Source: Octopus bimaculoides
Lineage: Eukaryota
DNA: 46,134 bases
Assembly (NCBI RefSeq): GCF_001194135.2
Contig: NC_068985.1
Coordinates: forward strand, 19,008,094-19,054,227
Reading direction: 5' to 3'
The translations under genes were made by a program, and so were the position numbers. The notes beneath the pieces are model-generated. The model did not search any database, was not told the origin of the DNA, and worked only from the letters and a program-made list of their open reading frames with translations. Below are positions 1 through 12,801 of this stretch, in pieces; positions within the stretch are counted from its first letter, which is position 1; each line of letters begins with the position of its first letter.

Positions 1-342
1 GCAACAGATCGCCAGCAATTGCTTCATCAGAAATTGCCGTCCTAGCTCCTGCTAAAAGGGATTACCCTGCTATGTATAATCAGGGTAGCGCAAAAAGTTG
101 TTTTGCACAAGCATTTCTATAGTCAATTACACGGATGAAATTTACGTACGCTTAATAATTTTACGCAAAACAGCCTTCAGACTTTCCCTATTAATTTCAT
201 CATCTTTTGAATTATGAACATATTTATATCATAAGGGTTTTTTCGTTGTAAGGCTTTCTTTTTTAGTTGATTTTCAGCTAGCAAGGCTTATCGTAGATGG
301 CATAATAAGTCACACCCGGACAAGGTCGGGTTATACTGCTAG
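1..342 (+). mobile_element. 3' end of a Helitron-like element (5' part outside window)
   Basis: GC-rich hairpin ACCCGGAC-AAG-GTCGGGT (314-331, one bulged G), then CTAG (339-342) and a T. This is the canonical Helitron 3' terminus. The region retains more CpG than its flank. Confidence 0.65.
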
Positions 343-1069
343 TTTTCTATAAAAAGATGTTGAGAATAATAATGATCCTACAACCAAGTACTACTTGATT
401 TGTTGTTGAATCTACCAAATCGTTGTAATTGTAAATATTTTAGTTGAATTAGTAAAAATGTGAGATGCTTTTCCACTTAGGTTTTTGAGTTTGCAACTGT
501 CAAGTGGTGAAACTGAAACCAAAAAATTTTTAGAGCACATTTTAGTTTTAAAGCAAAGACAATTATTACTAGTATTGAAATTGAAGTAGATAAGGATGCC
601 ATTCTGTTGTTTGATCAGCAAATAGATACATTTTGGAAAGTCGATGGTGAATTGAAAGTGACAAGGGAGTCTTGTAATGATAATATTTCAAGTACAACTC
701 CCTTTTTCATTATCAGGAACTGATGATAGGCTCATTGGAAATTCACAATCAACAATGGTATTTTATTGTTCACAAGTTATACTGTAATATAAAATAAATA
801 TTTCAATTAAATTTTGTTTTGAATAGTGAGAAAATTCAGAATTTGATGAATTTAAATATGTAAATTCCCTGAGAGTGTCATCTTAGTATCAAACTTTTTA
901 TCAAATTTCTACTAAAGGATTATTAGAAACAAAAATAGGACAAGTCAGTGATTGAAGTGTGTTGTACTGGAAAAAATGAAAACTAATACACTAAAAATAC
1001 ACTTTCTAGCAATGAACAAACTGGAAGCTCTTCATCTAGAAATGCTAAAACATATCAAATTATGTTTAA

Positions 1070-2184
1070 CCCTTTCGTTACTAACCCGGCCGTAGCCGGC
1101 CGAGCGTTATTTAAATGTATATTTGAACCCAAATTTCGTTTGTACATTCGTTAAAACACCTGATTTCATTTTGCAAACAGTTGAGTTTATTGTCTCAGAG
1201 ATTGTTTGGCGTGATATTTGAACTCAGTGAAGTTTGGAAGATTTTTTTCCACATTTTTTGCGGCGTTAATTTTTTTCAACTTTGAAGATGGAGAGGAGTT
1301 TCATGCTATCAAGCAGTGATTCCGAATTTGAAGGTTTTTCAACAGAAGATATGGAGATATCGAAGAAAAGAATGAATGAGCTACAAAAGCACGTGGTGAA
1401 CGATAATAAATCGGATATTTCTGTATCCGAAACTGAAATCAGCGATTCTGAAAGCAGCGACGGCGACAGCGAGATGATTTTACACCAGAAAAAGATTTAA
1501 AAAATATTTTTATTAACAATTTTTCTGAGGAAACAGGGTGTACCCATAGTCTTTCTCNNNNNNNNNNNNNNNNNNNNNNNNNNNNNNNNNNNNNNNNNNN
1601 NNNNNNNNNNNNNNNNNNNNNNNNNNNNNNNNNNNNNNNNNNNNNNNNNNNNNNNNNNNNNNNNNNNNNNNNNNNNNNNNNNNNNNNNNNNNNNNNNNNN
1701 NNNNNNNNNNNNNNNNNNNNNNNNNNNNNNNNNNNNNNNNNNNNNNNNNNNNNNNNNNNNNNNNNNNNNNNNNNNNNNNNNNNNNNNNNNNNNNNNNNNN
1801 NNNNNNNNNNNNNNNNNNNNNNNNNNNNNNNNNNNNNNNNNNNNACCCAGAATAACAAATTACTGGAGCGATCAGGAACCTTTTGGCGATGAATATATTT
1901 CCAGTACTATGAACGAGTATGATTCGTGAAGCTGAACCAATATTTACATGTGAGAGACACTAGCAGTACCCCCCCCCGTACGTGGAGAACTTAGAGACAA
2001 AAATTATGCAATAGAATTGATTAAGAACCCTTTCTTTAATTATGCTCCAAATATCACATTAATATGTTGATAAATAAAAAAGTTACAGGTGTTTAATGAG
2101 ACTAGTCTAAATTCATGATTATTTTAGAATTTAATTGAAACTCATGAGGGGTGTATTTTGGTTAGAAATATAGTAACGAAAGGG
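1070..2184 (+). mobile_element. Non-autonomous, internally deleted piggyBac transposon
   Basis: Perfect 14-bp TIRs CCCTTTCGTTACTA (1070-1083) / TAGTAACGAAAGGG (2171-2184), with TTAA on both sides (1066-1069, 2185-2188). Acidic N-terminus SSSDSEFEGFS.., then FSEETG. After the N gap come PRITNYWSDQEPFGDEYISSTM and, frameshifted, R-V-stop-FVKLNQYLHVRD, matching the piggyBac YWS...MSRxRF...LH motif. The catalytic DDD region is absent. Confidence 0.92.
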
Positions 2185-5182
2185 TTAACAAAGTTAACCT
2201 TGGCATTGCTTATGTTGTAAAAGCAATAAGAACATATCAAAAACTGACAATAGATATTGCTATTAATGAAGACAATGATTTATAGATAAGGTAGTATTAA
2301 AGCTAGATATTCCTATTTATTTGTGAACATTGTTTTGATATGCTTGTACTTTATATACAACAATATTTTTAGTTAAATAGAAACGTGATTTCTTAATTTA
2401 AAAAAAATAATTTTGTGAGTTTTATGATATATATTAAATACATTTAATGAAAATTGGTCCTTCTTACGAGGACTGTTCAGATCAATTCTGGTAGAAGAAA
2501 TTTTCAAGCAAAAATAAGTTTTGCTACTTATGCAGCAGATGGGGTATCATTCTTGGCAGGTCATTAGTTTCTGTGTAATTCACGGTGCTACAACTTGTTG
2601 CAAAAAATCTAAATACTTTAGCTTTAAATAGAGCTAACTTATATGCCTCCATTCTTCAGCTAAGGTTTACGTTGAGAATGATGAACAATTTGGATGCTCT
2701 GTGATGCATCCTGTAGTCGAGTGACTGTCAAAGAGATAATTTAATCTTTTTGTAAAAGGATTAAAATTCTTTTTAAGATTTGAATACTTTGATTTGTGGT
2801 GAGCTAAATACATTAAGTATATCTGGATTATTAATAAAGTGTCATTTGTAATTGCAGAGACATCGTTAGAATCTCACCCCATTTCTGTCCAAATCTACAT
2901 GTTCAAATGCAGTGTTGGTCATTCCAAATCCTGATCCCAGAGGGAAGGGAAAAAAATGATCTTTAACTGCATTGCACACTCATGGATGAACTGCATACAA
3001 GCATGGCTGAGAGATTTCAGGCTCTACATTTGATATTATTTTCAAATTGGGCAATAAATCCATTTTTAAACATTTTTTTTATTGAGTGGAAGAAATTGAA
3101 GAATAACTGATTTTACTGCAAAATGTTATTGAGCGAAAGCCAAAGTTGAAAATTATATGAAGACTTTCAGTTGTAGAAAATCTATAAATTGTATTGTTGG
3201 GCAGTAAGGTCAAGATGTTCTTCATTGGTTTTCAAGCATTGTATTGAATAGAATACAGTTTCTTTCCCAACAATGAAGTAGAATTCAAATTACTAAATGT
3301 GGAGATCTGAGACACTGTTAGTCACAAACTCAACTGTTTCATTGAAAGTTGAGTGAACATTGTTTTGAGAATGTTTTACTTGATTATTTCATTGGTTTTA
3401 AACAAGAAACCTAGCTTTATAGTTTACCCATGTTTAAATTTACAGTTTTTGTTTTACATTTTGCACTGTAAATTACAAAATTCTTGACAATTTTTTAACA
3501 GGCCTAATACAGAGAATGGAAATAGGCACTAGGAAAGGCGATAAAAGTAAAATTAGGGCACACTGACAAAAAAGAACCTTGTAAAGAAACAAAAGGAAAA
3601 AATAGGTGGTAATTATTTTTTTCTGATGAATGTTGTGTTCTGTCTAATTATTTCAGGGTATCAGTTGACTTCACATATATATACATTATTTTGTAGCTAT
3701 GAGCTGCATATAGTAAAGGATGAGACTAAGTAATTTGTTTTACATTATTCTTATCAGATGGTCCTTCACCATAGTCTTTCTATTTTGTAGAAGATGAGTT
3801 AGCATATGTTTATCATTTTATTCTTCATTAAATAATACCCCTTTTGGAGAAGATATACAATTTGAATTAAAAGTTAACTTAGATAGGTAAAACAACTAAC
3901 AAAATATTTAGAACAGCCTAAGAACCAGTTTCTCAACATCTTCTGCTGTAATCATTAAATATTAATATGCAAAAATTGTTTATGGTGTTCAGCACATCAA
4001 TCTTGTCTTTTGTTGTTTAATAGCTATTTTCATATTGAAACATTCTGAACAAGCAAATGAGAAAGGTTCTCAACCTATAAGAAATAGCACCCAAATCTCC
4101 CTCTAGAATGTGGAGAGGAGGACACATAGATAGGTTGTATGAAAATGATGGGTGGAACACACTTGACCATAGGTTTTTCAGTCAAAGATGACTTGGAGCT
4201 GAATAAAAACCCATTCTGAAATTTCTTTGAATGAAATTCCTATCTTTTATTTTTTTTTTGTTCTTTTTGAAAGCTTTGAGAATCATGTAGAGTTGGAGTT
4301 TGTCTCACAGTTTGAACCGTTTATTAAGTAAAAGTTAATTTTCCCCATTAAACATTGAATTTAAATCTTACAATAATTTTAAAGTGGTGATCAACATTAT
4401 CTTGTAATTGTAGTATGTTGGTGAATGAGTCTTTGGTCTTCTTTCTGAGTATGGACTAAGATTTATGTGTGTAGTAGCATTCCAGAAAGTCAACATCTAA
4501 AGAGGAACAGTTGGGCACAATCTTTAGTCTAGTGACTTGACTGTTGGAATTTCACTGTTTGGTTACACTGGAGTTGATAGAATATAGATCAGAAAATTCA
4601 ATTAAGGTGGGTGCAAAATTGCAGTTTGACTGGAACACTCTGATCCAAGAGTCAAGAGACAAATATAACCAGGTTGGTAACTTAACTATGAGGTCTTATG
4701 AAAGGTGTTGCCTATTTGTTGAGTACACTACTATCACTGAAGTTCTCAAGAGCAAGATGACATAGATGTGACAAGTTACTTGTGGATCTGATTTACTGAA
4801 ACTGTTACAGGTAGGTGATCATTGAGAAAAGAGGGAGACTGAAGATGATTCAGTTTTTAGGGTTTTTCCCTTCATTTATGAGATACTGGAATGAAGGCAA
4901 TAAGGTACTAGTTGTTGGGGTCAGAGCAGTTACTTTTTCTTTGAATTGGGGAACAACTTAGTGATCAGAGAAGTTTTATAGTTGTCTTGTGTGTATGTTG
5001 TGAAATTATAGGAGCAATGAAGGAAAGTTTGAAAGGAATTTTTGTTGTGTGCAGTTGAAAGCAAACCAGGGAACAAGTACCTATAGAGCCATCTTGCTTG
5101 AGGAATGGCAAGTAGGGTGATTCTGTAATGTTAGTAGTCTTTTTCTCTTGATAAAGGACCTTGACTGTAATTTGGGAGGTGA

Positions 5183-5538
5183 AAGGTCTTGTAAGTCATG
5201 AAATATGTAGAGATATAAAATGTTTTTCTTTTTGTAAACTATTATCATGAAGTGATATAATAACTAGATTACTATGTAATTAACCCCAGCGATTAATTAA
5301 AAAAAAACAAAAAAAACTAGGCAGATAACATTGTGGAATTAGTAATTCAATTTAAATTTGAAGGTCTTGTAAGTCATGAAATATGTAGAGATATAAAATG
5401 TTTTTCCTTTTTGTAAACTATTATCATGAAGTGATATAATAACTAGATTACTATGTAATTAACCCCAGCGATTAATTAAAAAAAAAAAAAAAAACTAGGC
5501 AGATAACATTGTGGAATTAGTAATTCAATTTAAATTTG
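5183..5538. repeat. Near-perfect tandem duplication, 2 x ~178 bp
   Basis: AAGGTCTTGTAAGTCATGAAATATG...TTCAATTTAAATTTG occurs at 5183-5360 and 5361-5538, differing only by a few substitutions/indels in T- and A-runs. Confidence 0.92.
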
Positions 5539-6660
5539 ATACTCAGAAGAATTATTTGCAACCAACAGAACAAATTGAAAGTTGTTTACAATAACCTCTC
5601 AAAAATTGAATTATCTTTTTGTTTATAAATAATAAACACTTTAAATATGAATAGCTCTTAGCTTGATATAATGATTCCATTTCTTTCATTCTATTAAAAT
5701 TGCATTGTAGCTTTCTTTTATTTTCTTTTTTACAGTTATATTTTAATTNNNNNNNNNNNNNNNNNNNNNNNNNNNNNNNNNNNNNNNNNNNNNNNNNNNN
5801 NNNNNNNNNNNNNNNNNNNNNNNNNNNNNNNNNNNNNNNNNNNNNNNNNNNNNNNNNNNNNNNNNNNNNNNNNNNNNNNNNNNNNNNNNNNNNNNNNNNN
5901 NNNNNNNNNNNNNNNNNNNNNNNNNNNNNNNNNNNNNNNNNNNNNNNNNNNNNNNNNNNNNNNNNNNNNNNNNNNNNNNNNNNNNNNNNNNNNNNNNNNN
6001 NNNNNNNNNNNNNNNNNNNNNNNNNNNNNNNNNNNNNNNNNNNNNNNNNNNNNNNNNNNNNNNNNNNNNNNNNNNNNNNNNNNNNNNNNNNNNNNNNNNN
6101 NNNNNNNNNNNNNNNNNNNNNNNNNNNNNNNNNNNNNNNNNNNNNNNNNNNNNNNNNNNNNNNNNNNNNNNNNNNNNNNNNNNNNNNNNNNNNNNNNNNN
6201 NNNNNNNNNNNNNNNNNNNNNNNNNNNNNNNNNNNNNNNNNNNNNNNNNNNNNNNNNNNNNNNNNNNNNNNNNNNNNNNNNNNNNNNNNNNNNNNNNNNN
6301 NNNNNNNNNNNNNNNNNNNNNNNNNNNNNNNNNNNNNNNNNNNNNNNNNNNNNNNNNNNNNNNNNNNNNNNNNNNNNNNNNNNNNNNNNNNNNNNNNNNN
6401 NNNNNNNNNNNNNNNNNNNNNNNNNNNNNNNNNNNNNNNNNNNNNNNNNNNNNNNNNNNNNNNNNNNNNNNNNNNNNNNNNNNNNNNNNNNNNNNNNNNN
6501 NNNNNNNNNNNNNNNNNNNNNNNNNNNNNNNNNNNNNNNNNNNNNNNNNNNNNNNNNNNNNNNNNNNNNNNNNNNNNNNNNNNNNNNNNNNNNNNNNNNN
6601 NNNNNNNNNNNNNNNNNNNNNNNNNNNNNNNNNNNNNNNNNNNNNNNNNNNNNNNNNNNN

Positions 6661-6966
6661 TAGGGTTAGGGTTAAAGCAAATTTAAAATGAAAAAAGCAA
6701 ATAAAACGAAGGCATGGAGATTAAATATGCTTTACATTGCTTAATCAGCCAAAGGAGTAAATGTAAACAACTGAATACTTGTCAGTGATTGGTTGAAATT
6801 ATTGAAATAAGACAATTTTTTACATGAAATAAATTCGAATACAAAAATATTTTTCTGTTCTATAACACAAAATAGATAAGTATACGAAGTTTGAAAGTCT
6901 TTCCGTACCAAAAACACTACGTAAAACATTAATGAAAAATGTGGCCCCCGTTTTAAAATAGATCCC
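6661..6966. mobile_element. Probable repeat element carrying TTAGGG units, emerging from an N gap
   Basis: TAGGGTTAGGGTTA immediately after the 912-N gap. The next ~300 bp retain CpGs and end in GGCCCCCGTTTTAAAATAGATCCC, which looks like a terminus. The other end is not visible. Confidence 0.35.
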
Positions 6967-7380
6967 AATATTTACTGTATCTGTGCATCTTATCAACATA
7001 AATTCTTAGAAACTTGTGTTGAAGATATGCGAGATGAATAAATATTAGCAATTATTTAGAGATCAATATTAACAATCATTTTACACAGAAAAACAGACTA
7101 ACTGAAATATAATAATCAAACCCAAAGTATAAACAAATACATTTAATTAAGAAGCTCAGATTATTCATTAACATGTAGAGTTTGGTTGGAAGAAGCTAGC
7201 TCTTCTACTAATTTAGATAAAGTTTCCAACCTTCACTTCCTCATATCTTAAGATAAGAGTAGCTAACTGAATTATTTTACCTAGCAGGACTGTGACCACT
7301 TACTGTTCTCATTTACTACAATAAATGACACAATTATTCTGATTCTGTATGTATGTATCTAATTCAAGTACATATGTACA

Positions 7381-7432
7381 GGTGTGTGTGTGTGTATGAT
7401 GATGATGATGATGATGATATATATGTATATAT
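7381..7432. repeat. Compound microsatellite (GT)n-(GAT)n-(AT)n
   Basis: Directly visible. Confidence 0.9.
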
Positions 7433-8673
7433 AGCTTCTTAGTTAGATGATATAAGTATACTATTTCTGCATTATGTCTCTTGAAGATTATCCAAATGAA
7501 ACTTTGAATGTTTGCTTTGTATTTAGATTTTCTGAACAGTCTAAATGTTCTAAACTTGTTCTTGATCATCTTTTTTGTACAGTTTCAATTGATATTTACT
7601 TTCTACAAGAANNNNNNNNNNAAAAAAAAAAACAGTAAAATTTTTATTTCTTATGTACTAAATTCTTCTATTTAGTACATTAGCAACACTTAGATAAGTT
7701 TCTGTATTAGTCTTTATTTTCAGAATAAGTAGCAGATGTCTTTGCTTTTAATAGATTTTTTTTTCATTCCTATCTTTTGTGAAGCAACTTTTTATACAAT
7801 TTCTTATGTCATTTTTTGCAGCATTGTGTGTTTTACAGGTGTGTTCTGCTATTGTCAGAGACACCTTTCCTTGAAGAAAAGCACTTTTACTCATGCAGAA
7901 ATTTAAATTAAACCCTCTGAATTAATTAGCGATCTTACATTTTATAGTGATGTCTTATAGTCTTAGAGACTATAGTATGTTCACATCCAGTATTTAATTA
8001 ACTTACATTTTGGAAGGGGTCTTTCTTGCCTTCCCTGACAAGAATTGACCAGTAAAATTAATTTTTCTCTTCGTTATGAATGTAATTTCCAATTTAATCT
8101 TTTTTTCTTATCCCATTCTATTAATTGTATGTTCTTTATGGAAAATACTCTCCAGTCTAATAAAACTGAAACATATCTGGAGTTGCTACTATATTTTTTA
8201 AAGAGCAGATTTCCTCTGCACTGCTTTTCCTCCATTTGTTTTTAATTTGGATTTCAGAGTTGTCTGCCTTGCCACTTTTGGCAAGAATTTGATCATCACA
8301 GTTAATGATTTTTTTTCATTACTAGTATTATTTTAATTAAATATAAACAAGGGCATTACAATTAGTTTCATGGCCATGGCATTTGAGGTGAAGTGTTTAT
8401 TTAAATAGAAATTTCGATGTCCTAGATTATCTCCCAGTCAAAATTTATACTGGATTTTTTTATTTGTTTCTTTTTCTGGAAGATAATCAATTCTTAATAT
8501 TTAACAATTTGGGAATTCAGTTTCTTATGATAATCTAATAGAATTAGATTCAGAACAGGAAATATAAGATTGTGGCGAACTTGTAAAAGCCATATTAATT
8601 TGAAAACAGTTTTATGTAGAATTAAAGGTAATAATAATGTTAATATAATATTAACAATATTACTTCCTTTCAT

Positions 8674-9078
8674 TATCATCATCATTGTTTTTGTTATCGT
8701 TTTAATATCCATTTTTCCCTTGCTCGCATGGGTCGGATGGAATTGATTGAGGCAGATTTTCTTTGGTTGGATGCCCTTCTTCTTGCCAACCCATACCTGT
8801 TTCCAAGTAAGGTTATATTTCTGCATGACCTTGGAAGACTAGAAATGGACACCACTTGCATGATTGTGGCACTCATTTACAGCTATCATGTGAAGTCAAG
8901 GAAAGGGTATAGTAACACACATACATGCACACACCTATATATGTATGTATAACAGGCTTCTTTCGACGAAATCCACTCACAAGGCTTTGTAAAAGACACT
9001 TACCCAAGGTACCACCCAGTGGGACTGAACCAGAAAACCTGTGGTTGGGAAGCAAACTTTTTACTATGCAGTTATGCA
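8674..9078 (-). mobile_element. tRNA-derived SINE, type B here (tRNA head, central domain, GT/AC microsatellite, 3' tail ending in (GAT)n)
   Basis: Reverse complement gives the head ..TTGCTTCCCAACCACAGG..GGTTCAGTCCCACT.., shared with the 10297 copy, and the tail GGGCATCCAACC..CCGACCCATGCGAGC..GATGATGAT, shared with many copies in the window. Confidence 0.8.
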
Positions 9079-10296
9079 GTTCTATTAAATGCAAAGTATG
9101 TAATGGCTACTGAACCTAAGTAGAAATATAAACTAAGTTATTTGTATAACATTTACATACAAATATAAAAAATGTAATTATAAATTGATCTGTAGTATAT
9201 GCTCCTTTAAATAAAGCCAGTTACATAACATTAGTTCAAAATTGTTAGTAAATTAGGTTAGCGTTGAAGCTTTCTAAATTAGTTTCGGTTTTCTTTTAAC
9301 AAGAATTGCTTATGACTGTCCTTAATTTTACGTCTTCAACATTTAAGTTTCAACAATTAAATTCTTAATAATATTGATTTCTTGTGAATTCAGTATTACA
9401 TTATATATCTATTAATTAGTATGACATACATTTTAAATGCAAATTGGTTAACTGTTGTTCTACTGTTGGGAATTTCAATTGTTAATTTAAAAAAGGGGGG
9501 TTGAGTTTTTGTTTTTATGTAGTTGCTTTTAAAAATATACTTTCCTTTATGATTAAAAATCAAATTAGTTGGTACTCAAGACTTTGTAGTTGGAAATAGA
9601 AGAGCAGAATTTTCAGAAAATGCATTTGGTGGTGGTGGATGAGTACCAATAAATACATTCAGTTGATTCAGTCAATCATTTATCTCTCCCAAATAAGTTT
9701 TTGGTTTCATTTCAAAGTAAGAAATCAATGTTTGAAAATTTCCTTTTGTAATGGCTGTTATTAAAAAGTTCATAGCTGCATGGTTTCAAACTCCATTCTT
9801 TCAATCCTATTTGAGCAAATTATCTCTGCCATAGTCTGAGGTCAATCAAAGCCTTGTGAAATTTTGTTGATAGAAACTGTGTGGGTGTCTATCAGCATAA
9901 CTACTTGTACCTGGACGGTAAACTTAACCCGTTGCTTGGTTTAATGTTGCCACTTGGTTTTTGAGTGCCTTTACCCGAGCCCATTTTGTTGTAAGCATTT
10001 AGGTCTGGTCACTGGTCTAAGAGTAACTACTTTTCTTTCATCTGACTATGAAAGTCTGATTCCTTACAGCCTATTATAAGTCTGTCATAATGTCTTCTTC
10101 AAGACAACTAAGTAGTCTCTCAAACCTTGGGATGTTTAGAAAAGGAGGAAATGAGGACTGTGATGATCATGCCTTTTCTATGTAAATTGAAATAATTTCT
10201 CTGAGTAATTTTTTTGTTAATGCCTTATACCTGGCTCTCTGAGAATGTTTCTATGGTCCCCCACATTTTTTTTTTTTAAAGCAAATTGTACATATT

Positions 10297-10789
10297 GGCA
10301 CAGGCGTGGCTGTGTAGTAAGAAGCTTGCTTCCCAACCACATGGTTCTGAGTTCAGTCCCACTGCATAGCATCTGGGGCAAGTGTCTCCTATAGCCTCAG
10401 GCTGACCAAAGCCTTGTGAGTGGATCTGGTAGATGGAAACTGAAAGAAGCCCGTCGTGTATATATGGCAGCTGTATATTTTGTTTGCCATAGCACACCTG
10501 ATTCTGTCTTCATTCCTGATCTTTCTCTCTCTGGCCAGGTAACCTTGTACGTCTTCTTCAACAAGACACATGTGTGTGTGTGTATATGTTTGTGTGTCCC
10601 CTCCACCATCTCTTGACAACCGATGTTGGTGTGTTTATATCCCTGTAACTTAGCAGTTTGGCAAAAAAGACCAATAGAATAAGTACTAGGCTTACAACGA
10701 ATAAGTCCTGGAGTCAATTTGTTTGACTAAAGGCAGTGCTCCAGCATGGTTGCAGTCAAGATGACAAACAAATAAAAAAAGAAAAAAGA
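10297..10789 (+). mobile_element. Full-length tRNA-derived SINE, type A here
   Basis: A-box-like GGCGTGGCTGTGTAGTAAG and B-box-like GAGTTCAGTCCC, central domain GGGCAAGTGTC..CCAAAGCCTTGTGAGTGGAT..GAAACTGAAAGAAGCCCGTCG, TG microsatellite, 3' domain and A-rich tail. ATATTGG on both sides (10292-10298, 10790-10796) is a possible TSD. Confidence 0.88.
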
Positions 10790-11399
10790 ATATTGGATGA
10801 TCTGTTGGAGTAAAGTTTTTGTGGCATATTTACTGTTGTTACTGGGACAATATGCATTGTCAATAACCCAATGAAAATATCAAAAATTGAAATAAAATAA
10901 AAGTGTGTATTTGCTGTGGATTTTGATATCTGTTGATTTAATTTCATTAATTCTAAAATTTCACAGTATCAATTTTTCTTCATAGTAAAGAAATGTCTGA
11001 ATTAAAATTATGCCCATACACTGATATATGTAAACTAGTGTCCTTATCTTGGTTGTTAGTCACAGCATTTTAGCTCTGAGGCTATAACAACTAAAATGAG
11101 GATGCAAGTCTGAATATATTAGTATATAATAAAATTCTTCATTTCAGAAATTCAAATTATTTATTGTTTTTGATTGGCAAAATTGAGTAGCATTTCCCAT
11201 TAGTATGTCAAGTATGTGTTTTCCTTGGACAAAAATGTAATTCTGTTAAAAGTTAAAAGTTTGTGTTGTTACAAACACGGACTTTGTATCTAGATAAAAG
11301 TTTTTATTTGAATACTCAATGTAAAATATCATATGGACAGGTGAAAAGTACATTTTGTTGTTACAGCAAGTTTCAACTCTTACTGTCACTGGCCACTAT

Positions 11400-11830
11400 A
11401 AGCATAGTCGTCCCCAAACATCTGTACACATCTATAACATTCTACAACATTACTATAATTTTATCTAAAGAACACTACCCTCCTACTCACTCCAAACAAT
11501 ACACATGCACACAAGATTAACAACAGTAGCAATGGCCTCATTAATCCCTAACAGTGAGCTGGGATGCATTGCACCAATAAGTGCAGAGGAATAGTAACTG
11601 ATATGCTCCAACGTAGACTACTTCACTATCGTCATTGCCAGAATGAAAGACCTTCAATGTGGTTACTAGAAAGAGCAGCCAAATCTTCCTCAAATCACAT
11701 TCTATTCTTTTCTGGAAACAAAAGGATATTTTGGACTAGGATAAGGAGAGCTTATGTACTGTGCTTGAAGAAGAAGACATGATGGTCAAGGCTGAAATGC
11801 CTTTGATTGTAGGCCTAATCTATCAAGGCT
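11400..11830 (+). mobile_element. Decayed 3' end of an RTE-like LINE
   Basis: Frame-broken LTVSW..TNK and DMLQRRL..HCQ resemble the RTE C-terminus (LNVSW..H.TN..LY...RRL..GH). It ends in a 3' UTR ..GGCTGACCTGGGGCTAAAC, with related fragments near 11995-12035, 12705-12755, 13880-13960 and 34530-34555. Confidence 0.45.
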
Positions 11831-12159
11831 GACCTGGGGCTAAACTATTATTACTCCTAGTGTACAAAAATTCAACGTTGTCACAGTGCACATTACTGCA
11901 TGTCAGGGTGTATGTCTGTCTTCCAACAGATGAAGGCATGGCTTACCTGAACAACTGTGAATTGCACTTTATCGTTTGACTGACTGTGTGTCATAGGTCT
12001 GGGCTATCGGAGATGACTTGAGGCTTAATAACAACATCAGTAGCTGTAGTATATGTGAAGACTTGTTTGCACATTTTTGTAATAAAACCTTCATTTTGAT
12101 TTGATGCTGAAATATTTTCATTAGCATAAGAATTAAAATGTTTCAACTTCAGATAATTA

Positions 12160-12214
12160 AATGAGTTTAGCCTTTTGATGAAAATTAAATGTTCATCAAA
12201 AGACTAAACTCATT
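12160..12214. other. Isolated 23-bp inverted repeat (one mismatch, 9-nt loop)
   Basis: AATGAGTTTAGCCTTTTGATGAA (12160-12182) / AATTAAATG loop / TTCATCAAAAGACTAAACTCATT (12192-12214). Confidence 0.9.
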
Positions 12215-12801
12215 GAGGTGAATGTTATGATTATCATTGAAAATACAGGTTTTTGATACTGATTCTAAAGAAATATGGAAACGTTCAATTATTAATTGTA
12301 TATGAGAAACATTTCATGTAAATTATTACATTTTGTATATACATATTTTGAAGATTAAATTTAAAAGCCATACACTTCTCTTTCTAATTTCTCACTTCTT
12401 CAATGGAAATTCAATTTTATTTTATTGATTTGAGATTGATCATTAAAATATGTATGTTAAAATATTTAAGTTAGTATTCCTTGACCTTTTTCATAATTAT
12501 AGCAAGTGCTCTCCAAATAATATCTCTCTATCTCTACTATTGATGACTCCTTGGTGTGCTGCTGCACCCCAGGTGATAAATGCTGTTTTAAGTCAATATT
12601 TCACAATCTTCAATTGTTACAATTCTTTAAAAGATGAAAAAGAAATTTGAGAATAGAGTAATTAAAATATTTTTATATAGTTATTTGATTATGTTGATGT
12701 GTACGCTCAAGTCGGTTCTGATTGAGCAGGCCTAAGACATATAATCAATCAAAAGACTGTGCAATCTGCAAATCTCTTGTTCTCAATATACGCCTTTACC
12801 A

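Noticed and set aside
5700-6686. Long ORFs made of X (also 1439-1858 and the tails of ORFs in 38360-39255)
   Set aside because: Artefacts of N gaps. Only the pre-gap part of 38360-38682 is real LINE ORF2 sequence.
7653-7680. 11-bp perfect inverted repeat; also 9-bp at 40529-40548 and 8-bp at 3328-3354
   Set aside because: Short and AT-rich. A few such palindromes are expected by chance in 46 kb.
10300-10370. tRNA genes at SINE heads (also 23066, 29600-29654, 45570-45640)
   Set aside because: A/B-box-like motifs are present but there is no cloverleaf, and they run directly into SINE bodies.
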